Below, piece after piece: positions 13,763 to 27,379 of a DNA stretch of 64,000 nt. Both the position numbers and the translations under genes were made by a program. Origin of the DNA: Antedon mediterranea (Eukaryota > Animalia > Echinodermata); assembly GCF_964355755.1 (NCBI RefSeq), contig NC_092675.1, positions 21,548,912-21,612,911 of the forward strand. Direction: 5' to 3'. Each line of letters opens with the position of its first letter. The first letter of the stretch is position 1. Under the pieces are notes generated by a model that was given only the letters and a program-made list of their open reading frames with translations, had not been told where the DNA came from and made no database searches.

Positions 13763-14336
13763 TTAAAGAACAAACAACGAAAACTGATAAGAGTATAAGA
13801 AAAATATGTAAAGATGTAAAACTTCACAAAAATTATAGCATGAGGTATTGCTCTGGATATCATCGGTCAGTTAGCATTATAAATATAAATTGAGTAAGTA
13901 AATGAATATTACATCCTACATTTCATACAGTGACATATGAGCCTTTTTAATGCACTTATACATTTTATTTATAATAGTAGCAGTGTGTACAACAACATAA
14001 AATGTTAATAAGTCTAAGATCAGCTACACAATACAGAATCTGCAGGGTGAACATAAATGCTTCAGTTACTGATCTGTTACAGAGTTTTATCAAATGTAGG
14101 ATAAAGGTTAAATATCATACTTCTGGCCATTTAGAACAAATATTAAGTAACACTAAAAATAATTCAATTTAACAATTGAGGTCAAAAATTAATTTTAACA
14201 ATTTAAAATCGATTCTTTAACCAGCCTGCTTAATATGTTTATAAAATGAAATGTTTACACTTTCCACATGATGTTCAAACGAAAATTAGAATTAGACTTT
14301 TGTTAGGAAGTTCCAGTTCCAATACGAATAAAACTC

Positions 14337-17302
14337 CTATATACTTTTATAAAAACCTACGATTGGAAACGTATACATATACGCTCTTCCAATTGCCCAG
14401 ATGATTCTTGAAACAGGAACTTTGGCGTAAATAACTGGAATTTGTCAGAATGTACATGCAAGAATACAAACATGATGTAATTATGTAGCCAATTAAAAAT
14501 CATTACCGAAAGTATGTACAAACTTACTATACCATTGAGTAAAACATTTAAACAAGTTCGATTTACCTAATTTTGCCCTTACATAAATTTATATAGGCCT
14601 ATATAGATTATTATATTATTACCATTAACATATTAATAGTTGTGGATTACAACTGTGTATATTACCTAAACTTGTGTTTTTATAATCATTATACACACAC
14701 AATGTATTCAGTGCAGTGACTATCGGGTTGCTTTTCATTTTTATTTTGGAATTAGATCGCCGTCTGAAATATACAAAAATATACAGCTATATACTACTGT
14801 AGTCTAAAGTGTGTTGGGTTGGATGAGTTTGAGAGTGCTGGGTGGATAAAGGGAGATTTTCTACGGGGTTAAGACCCCATCACACTCTTTTCTATCCTCA
14901 AGTACCTTTCTAACAATTTATAGATCGGCCCAAGGAGTGCGTCATCATGTGGGAGAGAATGAGGCAGTAAGTTTTAATAAAAATGTATTACCCATATTTT
15001 CACAAAAATCTCCGAAGTATCCTGGATCACATTCGCAAATGTTGGTATTTGCACAATATCCATGTATGCACCGTGGATTACAAGTTGCTGCAACAGAACA
15101 GAAAATCGAAGACTATTTATTGTAAACACTATATAGGCCTATGTTTAAATTTGCAACCCTAGGCTACACTCCCAGAAAACTAGTAGATTTTTTCAGAAAC
15201 TCTATTATGTTTTGACTCAAATGGATTTTCCGTTTCTTTATTTCGATAAAAATAAAACATTTTTAGTGTAAAAAGGGTATTAGTATTATGTGCAGCATAG
15301 TATAACAGCCTATTAAATAATAAGCTAAAACTAATCAAATACTAACGAAATTACTAATTATAATAATGTAAATAGTTGAAGAAACTAGCAGACTAAACCA
15401 TAAATTTAATCTATGCAGATTTGGTTTTCTACTTAATAAAATATGTAATACAAACCTGTTTAACTCAAAATTCCAAAGATAAAATCTATTTATACAAGTG
15501 ACTTACGCACGGTACACTCGTTGCTGCCAGGCAATGATCGATACCCATCGCAACATTTGTATTCAGTTTTCCAAGCTTGTTTATACATAGTAGCCCAACG
15601 GTATGCTATTCTAATTGAACATAAATAAAGTTGTTAAAGAAGTATAGTCATTTCGGGAATGGAAATGTAACCAACACTAATTAAAATTGTCATGATCATT
15701 TCAATAATAAAATATTATTGACATTTCAGCATAGATATAACACGAAAAGATATTAGAAGACTAACAATGTTATCCAAGTATAAAATGAGAGCTGAATTTT
15801 TGTGAACAAAACAATCATCGCCTTCAGTAAGCCATGGCCTACACATCTTAATCTATCAACTGATAATGCTATTGACAACATTAATGACGAGAAAGAAAAA
15901 GAGGAATTCATGTTAATTTTGGAAATTGTAAGTTCTTCTCCATTTAGTTATTCTTAGAAACACACAATCACTTCTTAAAAAATCATTCTACTAGGATTGA
16001 ATCTAATAGTGTTTTCACTGAACAAGGTTAAGGACTAAATGCGATATAAGAATTTATAGTTTTATTTGTATACTTGTAAATAATCACTGGTGAATTATTT
16101 CACTTTGACCGTGAGATAGGTTTTCCGCGGAAATCAATTTCAAGTTGGTGAATGAGTGACCAACTCAATCAACAACGACGGACTCTGATTCAAAGGACTT
16201 CCTATAAACCAGTAATTACTAGCCCTTAAAAAGTTGAAAAGCACCGTTCAATTTCACTCTCTATTGACCAAACCTATTACAACGCAACCCCTGAATTAAG
16301 ATTTCCTAGACCTAAAGCAGTTCGCTTACACAAACTTCACTGTATGTTAAAATAGCTGAAAGTACTGTACGTTTAAAAAAAAAAAAATAGCACGGCACTT
16401 GTGCTGCGTATGACGCCCATAAAGTAGCATTACTCCACCGTCTAATGTCAAGTAACAATTTTGCTAAATTAGTTTCATTTTAACAAAACAGGTACTGATA
16501 TGCAATGTTCACAATATTTCTATTTCTACCTACCTACAACGCGTTATATAACGCGTACAACGTCTCCCTAAGAAGGGATGAGGACCAGAACTACAGATCG
16601 GGTAAGGTTGACAGTATGACTGAGAGCCACAATACGATACGACGATAGATACCTGGGTCAAACATACGTTTTCCCTTAAGAATAAAATGATTCATAATTA
16701 CGTTAATTCAGTTGTCATTGTTTTAAGGGAAAGAAAAAGGCATTTCACTTTATATTTTTCTAAGTACACACTTACATTATATATTAAATGCATTATTAAC
16801 ATTATTAACACAAATTAAAACAAAGATGATAATTTACAGTCCCATATTGTCCCACTGAAAAAACATTGTTAAAACTTTGTTGAATGATACGGCAATTTTG
16901 ATGCCAAGTAACAGCTATTCCATTTTAGCCAAAAATTATTTACCTGATAAAGCTGTAATTTAAGAAGAATAGTAAACAAGAAGCCTATTTTCTAGAAATC
17001 AATGGGGTTTTTGTTGACTTTTACTGTGTATCTGGTCTTTTATAAATGAAATCGTTTTTGCCAAACGGAAAAAACTTCATTGAAACTAGTAATACTAATC
17101 AAAATTTGATTGTATTTATTATAAATGTTCATGTTTTTGGTGATAAAAATGACGATTATAAACACACAAATTGAATAATAAAATGAATTAGCATAAGTAC
17201 CTGAGTACACCACGAAACTTACCCATTTGGATCTAAAGTGTGCGCATACTTCCATAAAAGTACATTGAAAATAACTACACAAACCAGATTATGGAGTTCC
17301 AT
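14337..17302 (-). CDS. Gene A: short EMI + NIM-type EGF protein, probably secreted (Nimrod/Draper-like paralog)
   Basis: Well-supported exons 17302-17223 (signal peptide...LDPNG), 16674-16534 (ENVC...C...RCTRY), 15610-15507 (YKCCDGY..PGSNECT), 15087-14992 (PTCNPRCIHGYCANTNICECDPGYFGDFC), all phase-matched to gene B. Terminal exons 14566-14528 and 14434-14337 are tentative (185 aa in total). Confidence 0.7.
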
Positions 17303-18107
17303 TCTGTAAAAAAGGGTCATCATATTGATAATTGTTATGTTTTTCTGAAAGATGGTAATTGTATGACAATAATTCCAATTTGTTTGTTTGCCGAATAGGA
17401 CTAGATATTAATGTTCAAAATAAAAATACGGTACACCATTACTTTAAAACCCTGTAAAAAAATTTACAAAATGTTGAAATACAAATGTCTAATCACAATT
17501 TATTGAGAATGAATGGGCAAAGTTTCAATTAGAATACTATAATTATTTTCAAAAATGTTGAAGGAGTAATAGAGAACCAATAAACTTACGCTAAGCGTGA
17601 TAGACGTCACTTGTGTTCCTGGTATAAGATAGAATGAAGTAAAATTTGAGACTATAAAGAGTGTATACACTGTTCATACAATGTAAACGTATAACAATAA
17701 CTCGTGAACAACAAGATTTGAATAACATGTACCACGAAGTATCTTGGCACCATCTTCGAATAATGGTTGCTTTATTTTTTCTATTACAAAGCATTTCTCA
17801 TTGTAAATGAGAAAGGTAAATAATGCTTAGTTTCGCATCATTTCCTGCATTAAATTTGTATTGTTATAAAAACTTGAGTACTCTTGCTATTGCTAAGGTT
17901 AAATGATAACATTCTACCATGAGGAATGCGCCTACCAATACAAAGAATAGGATTATTTCAACAGGTCTCAATAAGTGCGTTGCGCCATTGTAATTCTTAA
18001 AACTTTTATTCAATATAATTTATTATTAATAAAACAGGGTAAATTCCAGCTTGTTTATGAGAGATTGACATTTTTATTTAAATAGTCACAGTGGATTTTA
18101 ATAAATA

Positions 18108-18645
18108 ACTAGAGGGTACTCCAAGAGTACAAACCTCCGCCTACTGTAAAATTCCCCTACATAAAATGCCCCGTGAATATTTTTTGTTATTACTTCTAAG
18201 TGTAAATATGTTAACTGCACACTACAAAGTGTAATGGTTATGTATCCAGCCTCTCACATTTGAGATCGCTGGTTCAAGTCCCACTGAGGTTTTTGTTTTT
18301 TTATTATTATTATTATTTTTTTTTTTTTTGAGTTTTTTGTGGACCTTGATCTTTGACCCTGACCCTTCAAAATTTAACCACAATTATATGATGTGTCATT
18401 GATCATTGTGGCTAAGTTTGGTGAGAATCGGATAAAAACTGTGGTCTCTAGGCAGTAAAATAGTTTTTTGTTAGTTGTGACCTTGACCTATGACCTTTTC
18501 TCCTCAAATTCGAACTTATCCGAGCTTTTGGGGCATAGATCATTGTTGCCAAATTTGGTGAGAATCGGATAAAAACTGTGGCCTCCAGGCTGTTCACAAA
18601 CACACCCACAGGGGTGAAAATATAACCTCCTTGGCGGAGGTAATA
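18108..18645 (-). mobile_element. Helentron-associated (HINE/DINE-like) non-autonomous element
   Basis: Subterminal inverted ACCTCCGCC motifs, end hairpin gtactc-ttg-gagtac next to CTAG, internal tgacctt repeats. Contains a tRNA-like fragment at ~18225-18290. Confidence 0.6.
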
Positions 18646-18671
18646 ATAAAAGTTAATAATAACTCTTATAA

Positions 18672-20487
18672 CACTAGAAAGCCTCTCCGAGAGTGCATAC
18701 CTCCGCCTACTGTAAAATTCTCCTATATATTTGTGTGTGTCTTAATGCTGTTTGTGATTTAGGCTAATTTCATTACAAGCATGTGTAGCCTATGCGAGTT
18801 TGGTGTAATGGTTTGTAACAGGCCTTTCAATTAACAATAGCTTCAGTTGACTAACAAAAGAACAGCAACGCGAAAATCAAACGAGTGAATTTGAAAAGAA
18901 ATAGGTTTTTTAAACTACTCGCATCAAAAAACGTGCACAATAAATCAAATTATGTTTTAAAATTACAAATCACAAATTATAACTCTGGCCTCTTGTTCAA
19001 AAATGAAGTTTTTTGGACAAGTAATTCTCGAGGAAATGCAATTTCAGTTTACTTGTTACTTTAAGACTAGCAGGTCTGAAAAAGTATACTAAAAAGTGGT
19101 CCAGAATTGGGACTGTGGTCCCAAATGGTCCCAAAATTTAATGGAATGGTCCTTGACCACATATCTATCTGTCTATTCATTTTGGTAAAGATCTTTTAAT
19201 TAATTTTTGATTAATCCTGCTAACAAACAAACAAACAAACAAACAAACAAATGAAAGCACTCAGAAACTGAGTGAAGTACTTGGCAAAATATATCCACTG
19301 ACTCGGAGAATGTTGAAAGATACATTTTTTTGCTTTAGGTATTAGCTTTACATGGTTAAAATATTGCTGGGGTTAATAATTTGTTTAAATAATTTTTTGA
19401 TACAAACAATTCCTAAAATCAAGATTGACCAGAATAATGATCGAGGAGTGTCTTGAAGCTGCGCCGATTTGTGGCGCCTCTGCCTTAACCCATGTAGTAA
19501 GCTTAACCGCTTGACCAGTCGACTAATGTTTTGGTCCATATCAAAGAATATGTCAATGTTAAAAAAACACAGAATGCGTGCTATTTAACATATCGTACGG
19601 AAGATAAGCTTTTGAGACATGACCAATATATCAGTTTTCCTGAAATCAATAGGCATGTTCTGTAAGTATATACCTATGTACAGAATGAAATAAGAAAGGA
19701 CACACGCTAGTACAGTACTAAAAAAACTACTTATCAACTAACAATAGTTTAATTTGAATAACAATAGAACAGCACCGCGAAAAACAAACGGGTGAATTTG
19801 AAAAGAAATAGGTTTTTTAAAACTACTCGTATCAATAAACCTGTACATTAAATCAAATTATGTTTTAAAAATTACAAATCACAGTTAATAACTCTCGCCT
19901 CGTGTACAAAAATGATGTTTTTTGGACTAGTAGTTCTCGAGAAAATGCAATTTCAGTACACTTGTTACTTTAAGATTGCTCGCCGGCTTTTAAAAATTGT
20001 CTCCTATCTTTTAACACTAGCCGGTCTGACAATTTTTTTGTTATTCGTGAAGTTATTAATAAACCAATTTAGTTGATTTTCAATAGGCATGGTCTGAAGG
20101 TATATACCTATCTACACCCAAACATTCAGAACGATAACTTGAAAACTGTAGGCGCTATCGTGCTAACAAACAAATAAACAAACAAACAGACAAACATACA
20201 TACATACATACATACATACATACAAACATACAAACAAAGTGAATACTATACTTGGCAAAATTCTTTTTTGCCAAGTAACAAACATACAAACAAACAAACA
20301 TACATACAAACAAACAAAGTGAATACTATACTTGGCAAAATTCGTTTTTGCCATGTAACAAACAAACATACATACAAACATACATACATACAAACAAACA
20401 AAGTGAATACTATACTTGGCAAAATTCTTTTTGCCAAATAACAAACACACGCTACCGATTACATATACCTCCTTGGCGGAGGTAAAT
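18672..20487 (-). mobile_element. Second, longer HINE-like element of the same family
   Basis: Same termini (ctag...acctccgcctactgtaaaattc / acctccttggcggaggtaa), a duplicated core (~18830-19080 vs ~19740-20030) and (ACAA/ACAT)n microsatellites. Confidence 0.6.
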
Positions 20488-20542
20488 AACTCTAATAATA
20501 ATGATAATGATAATAACGACATGTATCTTCTTAACAGATATA

Positions 20543-23500
20543 TAGTAGAGGCTATATATGGTTTGACCTTGAAAAAATTCTAATAAAAGGTCTTTTGGTA
20601 TTTTCTTGTAGCTTTAGGTGTGAATAATTACCAAAAAAATTTTGCAGCCTTCTAGTTGCTGCGTTAGTGAGATATTGAGGGTCAAAGGTCAGTGACCTTT
20701 TTGTGGCATTTGATGGCGCATAACTCCTCAACTCCTGGGTTTAAAAAGACAAATGTGGTTTCTACATCTATGTTTTAGTGGTCAAACAACAAAATAAAGT
20801 TTTTGCAAATTTCGGGTTACTTGTGCCATTGGTCAGATAGTCGGGTCAAAGGTCATTGACCTTTATTCATTAATAACTACTGCTAGTGTAGGACCTGAGT
20901 AAGATTTGTATGCATTCAATTTAGGAGAGAATATCTCAACTGTTATAGGATAATTTGACCCCAAGGAACAATATGGGATATGTGTCAAATTCGTTATCTG
21001 GGGCGAAAATGCCCAAAATCGGGGTCAAGGGTTAGAAATGTGTGGTTCTTATATCTCGACAACCACTTGTCATACAGATTTGCTTTTGGTGTCAAATTGT
21101 TCAAAATATACATATTTATATTCGGGCTAACACAACTTTTACCCAAAAAATGACCGGAAATGCTTTTACTGACCTTTGACCAAAAAACACATTTTCGGGT
21201 TAAATTATTATTTAAAATGTCAATGGACACACTGTATGGTATCCAATGAAAGCATATACAATATGCTACCCATTGCTACCCAACTTGTATTGAACATTTT
21301 TTAATTAGGAATCTAATCTTATGGAAAATGTGCCTAATTTGATTACTTTTATACAAAAAATGAATATTTAGTAGCGTAATTGTTGTGCTTATTTATATAA
21401 TGTTAAATAATTTTAAATAAGTGTTTGGATGAACTATTTGGTATCAAATAAAAGCCCATACAATATTCTATCCATTGCTATCCAACTTGTAATACAAATC
21501 TGTAATTATGATGCTACTTTGGTGAAAAATGTGCATATTTTATTGCTTTTTGACAAAAATGGGTATACATTACCAGATAATTTATTTTGGTTTATTTACG
21601 ATATTAAATAATTCAAATGTTTGAAAAGACATATTTGGTATCAAAGGAAAGCACATATATGCTACCTAACTTGTATTTAATTATGTGATGTTATTTTTGG
21701 AAAATATGCATATATTTTATTAAATTTAGACAAAAATGAGTATAAATTAATGTAAGTTTATTTTGGGTGAAATAATTCTAGCGTTGTAATGAAATATTTG
21801 GTATAAAAAAGAAAAGAATTAGTTGTAGTTTATTAAGTTCTTTATTTGGTAGACCAAACAAAATGGCATTGCAGTAGTCTAACCGTGATGTTATTAGTGC
21901 ATGGACAAGTTTAATAAGCGAGGAGTGGGTTAAGGATTTGCGAATTGATCTTATGTTACGAAGGTGGTAGGTATCCGATTTACTAATGTTGTTGATATGT
22001 CTGGACATAATCATTGCTGAGTCAAATACAACTCCGATATATCTAACCTCCAACGATGATGTGATTGATGTTTCTAGCAATGGCCAATTTCTTGAAGTGT
22101 TTTGAATGAATAAATAAGATTTCTGTTTTACCAGGGTTAAAAAGAGCATGTTTTTAGTTAGCCAATCCTGAACATCAACAACACAAGCTTCGATAACCGA
22201 CTTCGCCTTATTAAACTCTGCTGAATTAAAGCTGATGTATCATCTGCGTACACATGATATTGGACACAATGTCTCTTAATGATATCACTCATGGGCGAGG
22301 TGTAAACTAAAAACAATACTGGACCCAGTATTGATCCTTGAGGAACACCGCATTTCAGGTCGATAGAGGTGGATTTGACATTACCAATCTGGACCTGTTG
22401 CTTCCTAGAAGACAAATATGACTTGAACTAATTTAGAGCAGATCCACGGATACCAATAGATGAGAGTCTTGCAATAATAATGGAATAGTCCATGGTATCA
22501 GAAGCTGCCGACAGGTCGAGGTACACAGAAAAAAGACAATTACCTTTATCCAGAGCTGAAATAATATCATTATGCACCTTGAGAATGGCTGACTCTGTAC
22601 TGTGGCGCTTTCTATATGCTGATTGAAGAGGGTCGAACAGATTATTGTCGTCAAGAAAATGTATGAGATCTAAAGCAACGCATTTCTCAAGGATCTTAGA
22701 TAAGAAAGCGACATTAGAAATAGATCGAAAATTTGCCATGCAAGTATGTGAAGGCGTCTTTAAAATAAGTGTAACTAGACCCAACTTCAAATCATCAGGA
22801 AAGGTCGTACCAGTTGATAAAGATAAATTAATAATTCTAAAAGTCAATTATGCACATTTTCCATAAAGTTATATTCCTAATTAAAAATGTTTAATACAAG
22901 TTGGATAGCAATGGGTAGCATATTGTATATGCTTTCATTTTATACCATACAGTGTGTCCATTGACATTTTATGGAATAATTTAACCCGAAAATGTGTTTT
23001 TTTGGTCATTTTTTGGTCAAAGGTCAGTAAAAGCATTTCCGGTAATTTTTTGGGGTAAAAGTTGTGTTAGACTGAATATAAATATGTATATTCTGAACAA
23101 TTTGACACCAAAAGCAAATCTGTATGACAAGTGGTTGTCGAGATATAAGAACCACACATTTCTAACCTTTGACCCCGATTTTGGGCATGTTCGCCCCAGA
23201 TAACGAATTTGGCACATATCCCATGTTGTTCCTTGGGGTCTAATTATCCTATAACAGTTGAGATATTCTCTCCTAAACTAAATGCATACAAATCTTACCA
23301 AGGTCCTAGACTAGCAGTAGTTATTAATGAATAAAGGTCAATGACCTTTGACCCGACTATCTGACCAATGGCACAAGTAACCCGAAATTTGCAACAACTT
23401 TATTTTGTTGTTTGACCACTAAAACATAGATGTAGGCAAAACATTTGTCTTTTTAAACCCAGGAGTTGAGGAGTTATGAGCCATCAAATGCCACAAAAAG

Positions 23501-23665
23501 GTCACTGACCTTTGACCCTCAATATCTCACTAACGCAGCAACTAGAAGGCTGCAAAAATTTTTTGGTATTTATTCACACCTAAAGCTACAAGAAAATACC
23601 AAAAGACCTTTTATTAGAATTTTTTCAAGGTTACATAGGATAAATGTCACATATAGCCTGTACTA
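20543..23665. mobile_element. Non-autonomous Academ-like transposon with ~800-bp TIRs
   Basis: Inverted repeat ~20543-21340 / ~22848-23665, termini TAGTA...TACTA, 3-bp TSD ATA on both sides, ~200-bp subterminal tandem repeats at ~21230-21810. Confidence 0.75.
21820..22847 (-). pseudogene. Internal fragment of an L2-clade LINE reverse transcriptase inside the Academ-like element
   Basis: [70 protein letters not shown]. Stops and frameshifts are present; no LINE ends are visible. Confidence 0.9.
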
Positions 23666-23693
23666 ATAAGAGTTTCCTGGTAAGAATAATTAG

Positions 23694-24355
23694 AACAAGG
23701 CCATATACATGGCTGCAGTCTAGTCGCGTGCTCAAGTTAGTGTTTACCGACCGACCGACCAACCGACCGAAATTGCTGAACATGTTTAAAAATGTTGAAA
23801 ATGTTTAAAAACATTTATATTTTTTTAATTTAAACGTTCGTAGCCTGTCACTTTTGACGTGCTATAACGTAATTTCGAGTTGTAAAACAGTGCGCGTGCA
23901 AAAATTTGCGCACTCATTGCAATTTTTTAAACGCTTAAAATTACCTGAAACGTACTTTAATTTCATCGAAAATAGATTTGATAATTCTTAAAATTTTAAG
24001 CGCATGCGTTATATGCGCTACGCACGTAATTGTATTGCCATATGATGAAATGTGACCTGAAATTTATGAGTACCAAATTGTATTTAATTGTGATTCATGC
24101 TTGTGAAGATTACAAACGTGATTACGTTAAATCGTGCGTAGACCGCGTAATTTTTGATTGCGCACCGTGAAAAACATAACCACATCGAGTACTGGCCATA
24201 AGGAATATACTCTGAAAAATTTACTTAGCTAGATGAAACTGATATCAAGATAAGGCCATATACAAGTTAGTGTTTACCGACCGACCAACCGATCGACCAA
24301 CCGACCAACCGACCGACATAGTGAGCTGTAGAGTCGCGTTACAGGCGACTAAAAA
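23694..24355 (-). mobile_element. HINE/DINE-like element with (GTCG)n microsatellite
   Basis: Minus strand ttttagtcgc...gcgact hairpin, (GGTC)n, end gcacgcgact...gtatatggccttgtt. A related short copy lies at 59688-59825. Confidence 0.65.
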
Positions 24356-24685
24356 TAGAGCGCTAGATGCTCCGAAATTGATCTTAATATCAGGCTATAA
24401 TGTTTGGTAGAAGATAGGCCTGATTTTAGATACTAGATGGGAGCAAGAGAAGCGAGCTCACCCTCTAGTATCAGAAGTGTAGACGATGGTTCTCGGAATG
24501 ATAATGATTCGGGTAAAGTGATGTTTCATTGGGGAGGTGTTAAGCGTTTATTCAAATAAATACCATCCTAATTGGTATAATTAATTACTTAGTTTAAACT
24601 AAGCAATTTAGTTAATTTCTTTTGAAACTAACTTCCGCGACACAGTGGGCCGTTTTTGCCTAAGAAGGAAGACGTTTTATCCCAG

Positions 24686-25653
24686 TGGCCGTATTCCCTA
24701 CGGTGGCCCACAACTGTCACGCACACTATAACACCAAGAGTTACTAAGACTAAGAGTTAAGAGTTAAGGGATTCACTTACCTAATTTAAGGATACAACTT
24801 AAGTGTAAAAATCATCATAAATATTCATGAGTTATCCCATTGTCCAACCACAGAGGATTGAATTCTTATTTGGCCCAATCACTTTCCTCTCTAAAAGAAA
24901 TTTGTATATTTAAAAAGAGAGAGGGGATTAGGGAGACGCGGGGACGAATGGAGAGGAAAAAAGAAGTAAGTGTGACGCGTCGATGATCAATAAAAAGAAA
25001 ATGGCAGTCAAAACAAAAACAAATAAATGAATATAGGCCTAGGCCTAGGCCTAGACTAATTATATGATGAGTATAAAAAAAAATAGGTATAGATGCTACT
25101 AACAAAAAACTTTTGTGTTGGCCTAAACCTGTATTGAGGCATATGAATGCTAGGCTGGTTACTGGGCAAAACAAGCCTATCTACCTAAAAACTGGAGCTA
25201 GGCCTAGGGCGGGGCCTAGGCCTATATTTCTATTACAAAGAAATAGGCAGTCAAAAAAAAAAAAAATTAATTAATATATAGGCCCAGATTAATATGTATG
25301 GTGAGGAAAAGAAAAATAGGTCAGATGCTACTATCAAACCAAACATATGGATCCTAGGCTGGTTACTGGGCAGACCAACTAGCATCTCTACCTAGCCTAG
25401 CCCGGGATATCTACAAGTAGGCATAGCACTCGCACATACAGAATCGTCAGCACAACCAAGGTACTGAATAGATAAGGAACTTTTAAGGGACCTATGAGGT
25501 CCGTTAAAAGTTAAGGCGAATATAGACCAAGTTAAGGGTTTCCCTTAACCTTAAACCCTTTGTGAATACCACTTAAGTGGTTTCTTGATTTAAGGGACAT
25601 TCATAGGATTTAAGGGAAATATCTCACTTAAGTGTGATTGGTGAATACGGCCA
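24686..25653. mobile_element. PIF/Harbinger-like MITE
   Basis: TIR TGGCCGTATTC / GAATACGGCCA, imperfect 3-bp flanks CAG/CAT, subterminal TTAAG repeats. Confidence 0.5.
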
Positions 25654-26099
25654 CATGGTCCTAACGGGACACAGATAGCCCATTTATTTCTGCTTGATAA
25701 AGTTTCTTTGTCTTTATTATATTATAGTTTACCACAAAAAAAAACAAAGAAGTGTAATGCTTTAATCAATTTAAATGTGATCCAAAATGTTACTACACAT
25801 TCAAAAGCTGTAAATATGTATCAAGTTTAACAAATACAAATTTCTTACTACAATCTATTGTGAAAAATATATCATTTTAATTATTGTTATTTTATTATTA
25901 TTATTCATTCATTATTCATTATTTTTCATGTTAATGTCCTGTTTAAGTGTATTAGTGTAGTGAGAGTCTCTAATGTTCAACCATCGTTAAATATTGTTGA
26001 AATAAAAATAAATAAATAGATGAACTTACAAATAGGCCTAATCTATTGTTAAATGAGTAGTTTAATATATAACCATTAAACGTTAACGACCACCATATA

Positions 26100-26520
26100 A
26101 GAGGAAATGAAGTGAATTTTGTCCTAGAATATAAAGTAGTGTATACACTGTTCATACAATGTAAACGTATACAATAATCCGTTAACAATGCTACAATTTA
26201 AATAGCATGTACCTCGAAGTGTCTTGGCACCAGCTTCGAATAAGGATCGCTTTATTTTCTAATACAATGCATTTCTCAGTATAAATGAGAAAGGTAAATA
26301 ATCATTTCCTGGATTTAAACGAGTATTGCTTTTAAATTCAAAGTTCTCAATTTTACCCCGAGTAATGCCTCTAGCAATTTCAAAATTATTTCAATAACAC
26401 CACTGTAATGTTTTATTCACTTATTCAGCATAATTCATTAATAATAAAACAGGGTAAATCCCAGCTTGTTTTCGTGAGATTGGAATTTTTTTTTAAATAG
26501 TCATAGCACAGTGGGGTGTA
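26100..26520 (-). repeat. Diverged duplicate of the gene A 5'/upstream region (~17620-18095)
   Basis: Shared blocks gtgtatacactgttcatacaatgtaaacgtat, cgaagtrtcttggcacca, aaatgagaaaggtaaataat and aataaaacagggtaaat.ccagcttgttt, in the same order and orientation. Confidence 0.75.
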
Positions 26521-26650
26521 ATGGTGTATTTATAATAACTTTATTGTAATTCTGGTGATTTAAATCGGTTGAATGTTTTTCACTTTTCACCTTTCGCATT
26601 CTAAACATAAATCAAATTAGTAGGACCATATTCCTCTGTAATCAACATAT

Positions 26651-26937
26651 CGAAGGCGTGTGGCGTAGTGTGTTGGACGTTGGACATAAAGGTTCTCTAC
26701 TTTGACGTTGATCGTGAGATCGAGATTCGAATCCAACTCTCGTTGCATTGCTTGTGTCATTGGGCAAGATACTTTACTTACGTTTGCCTTTCTCCACCCA
26801 GGTGTATAAATTTGTAGCCGGTTAGATCAAGACACAATTTTGCGCTGATTACTATCTGCATTATGGGAGTATGTTTCCATATGTGTTTGATCCCAAAAAA
26901 ATGACGATTATTATTATTATTATTATTATTATTATTG
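26651..26937 (+). mobile_element. tRNA-derived SINE with (ATT)n tail; the tail resumes at 39500-39543
   Basis: A-box TGGCGTAGTG, B-box-like GATTCGAATCC, central gtgtcattgggcaagatacttta and ctccacccaggtgtataaat motifs, (ATT)n tail. Confidence 0.7.
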
Positions 26938-27374
26938 TGTTACGTGTGACGAGAGTCAGGTGTCACATGTCGCATGCATCAAGTCGTCGGTGGTCAAGTG
27001 GACGAATCAGAATGGAGCATGGTGGTGCGCGGTATTTTGGAAAGCTGTGCTGGGTGTGGGATACAAAGAAGGGAGTCACTCAGGAGACAGGGCCAGCTAA
27101 GGACGCTTGCGGTTAGAACTGTGCTTGAGACTGGAAGCGAGGCAGGACGATAAGAATGGGGAGGTTGTGATGTGTACGGATGGCCAGGCAAACCAACCAC
27201 TCGGTATCATACGTATCTATAATTGTGTTGTTATGTATTTTGTGCTTCGTGAAAGGAAATAAATGGAGCTCGTGCTCTTTGCATAATACTCTGAGTGTCG
27301 ACAATTGTTTGTTCCAAGCCTCGTTGTTGCTATTTATTTAGGTATTTCGGCCTAGGCCAAAAGTGGCCGTAACA
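26938..27374 (+). repeat. 5' LTR of the Gmr1-like element
   Basis: TGTTACG...CGTAACA; near-identical to 39057-39499. Confidence 0.95.
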
Positions 27375-27379
27375 GAAAT

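Noticed and set aside
15730-15927. Plus-strand AG...GTAAG exon-like segment antisense to gene A (similar donor at ~12903)
   Set aside because: No convincing reading frame or homology; it cannot be supported without transcript data.
20230-20440. Three hairpin-containing direct repeats with variable spacers, superficially CRISPR-like
   Set aside because: Spacers are (ACAA/ACAT)n microsatellite, the context is a eukaryotic HINE-like element, and there are no cas genes.
20163-20522. Hydrophobic ORFs rich in VCLFVCMY
   Set aside because: Translation of microsatellite sequence.
26871-27304. ORFs duplicated at 39056-39429
   Set aside because: They lie in the two LTRs, so the duplication reflects LTR identity rather than genes.
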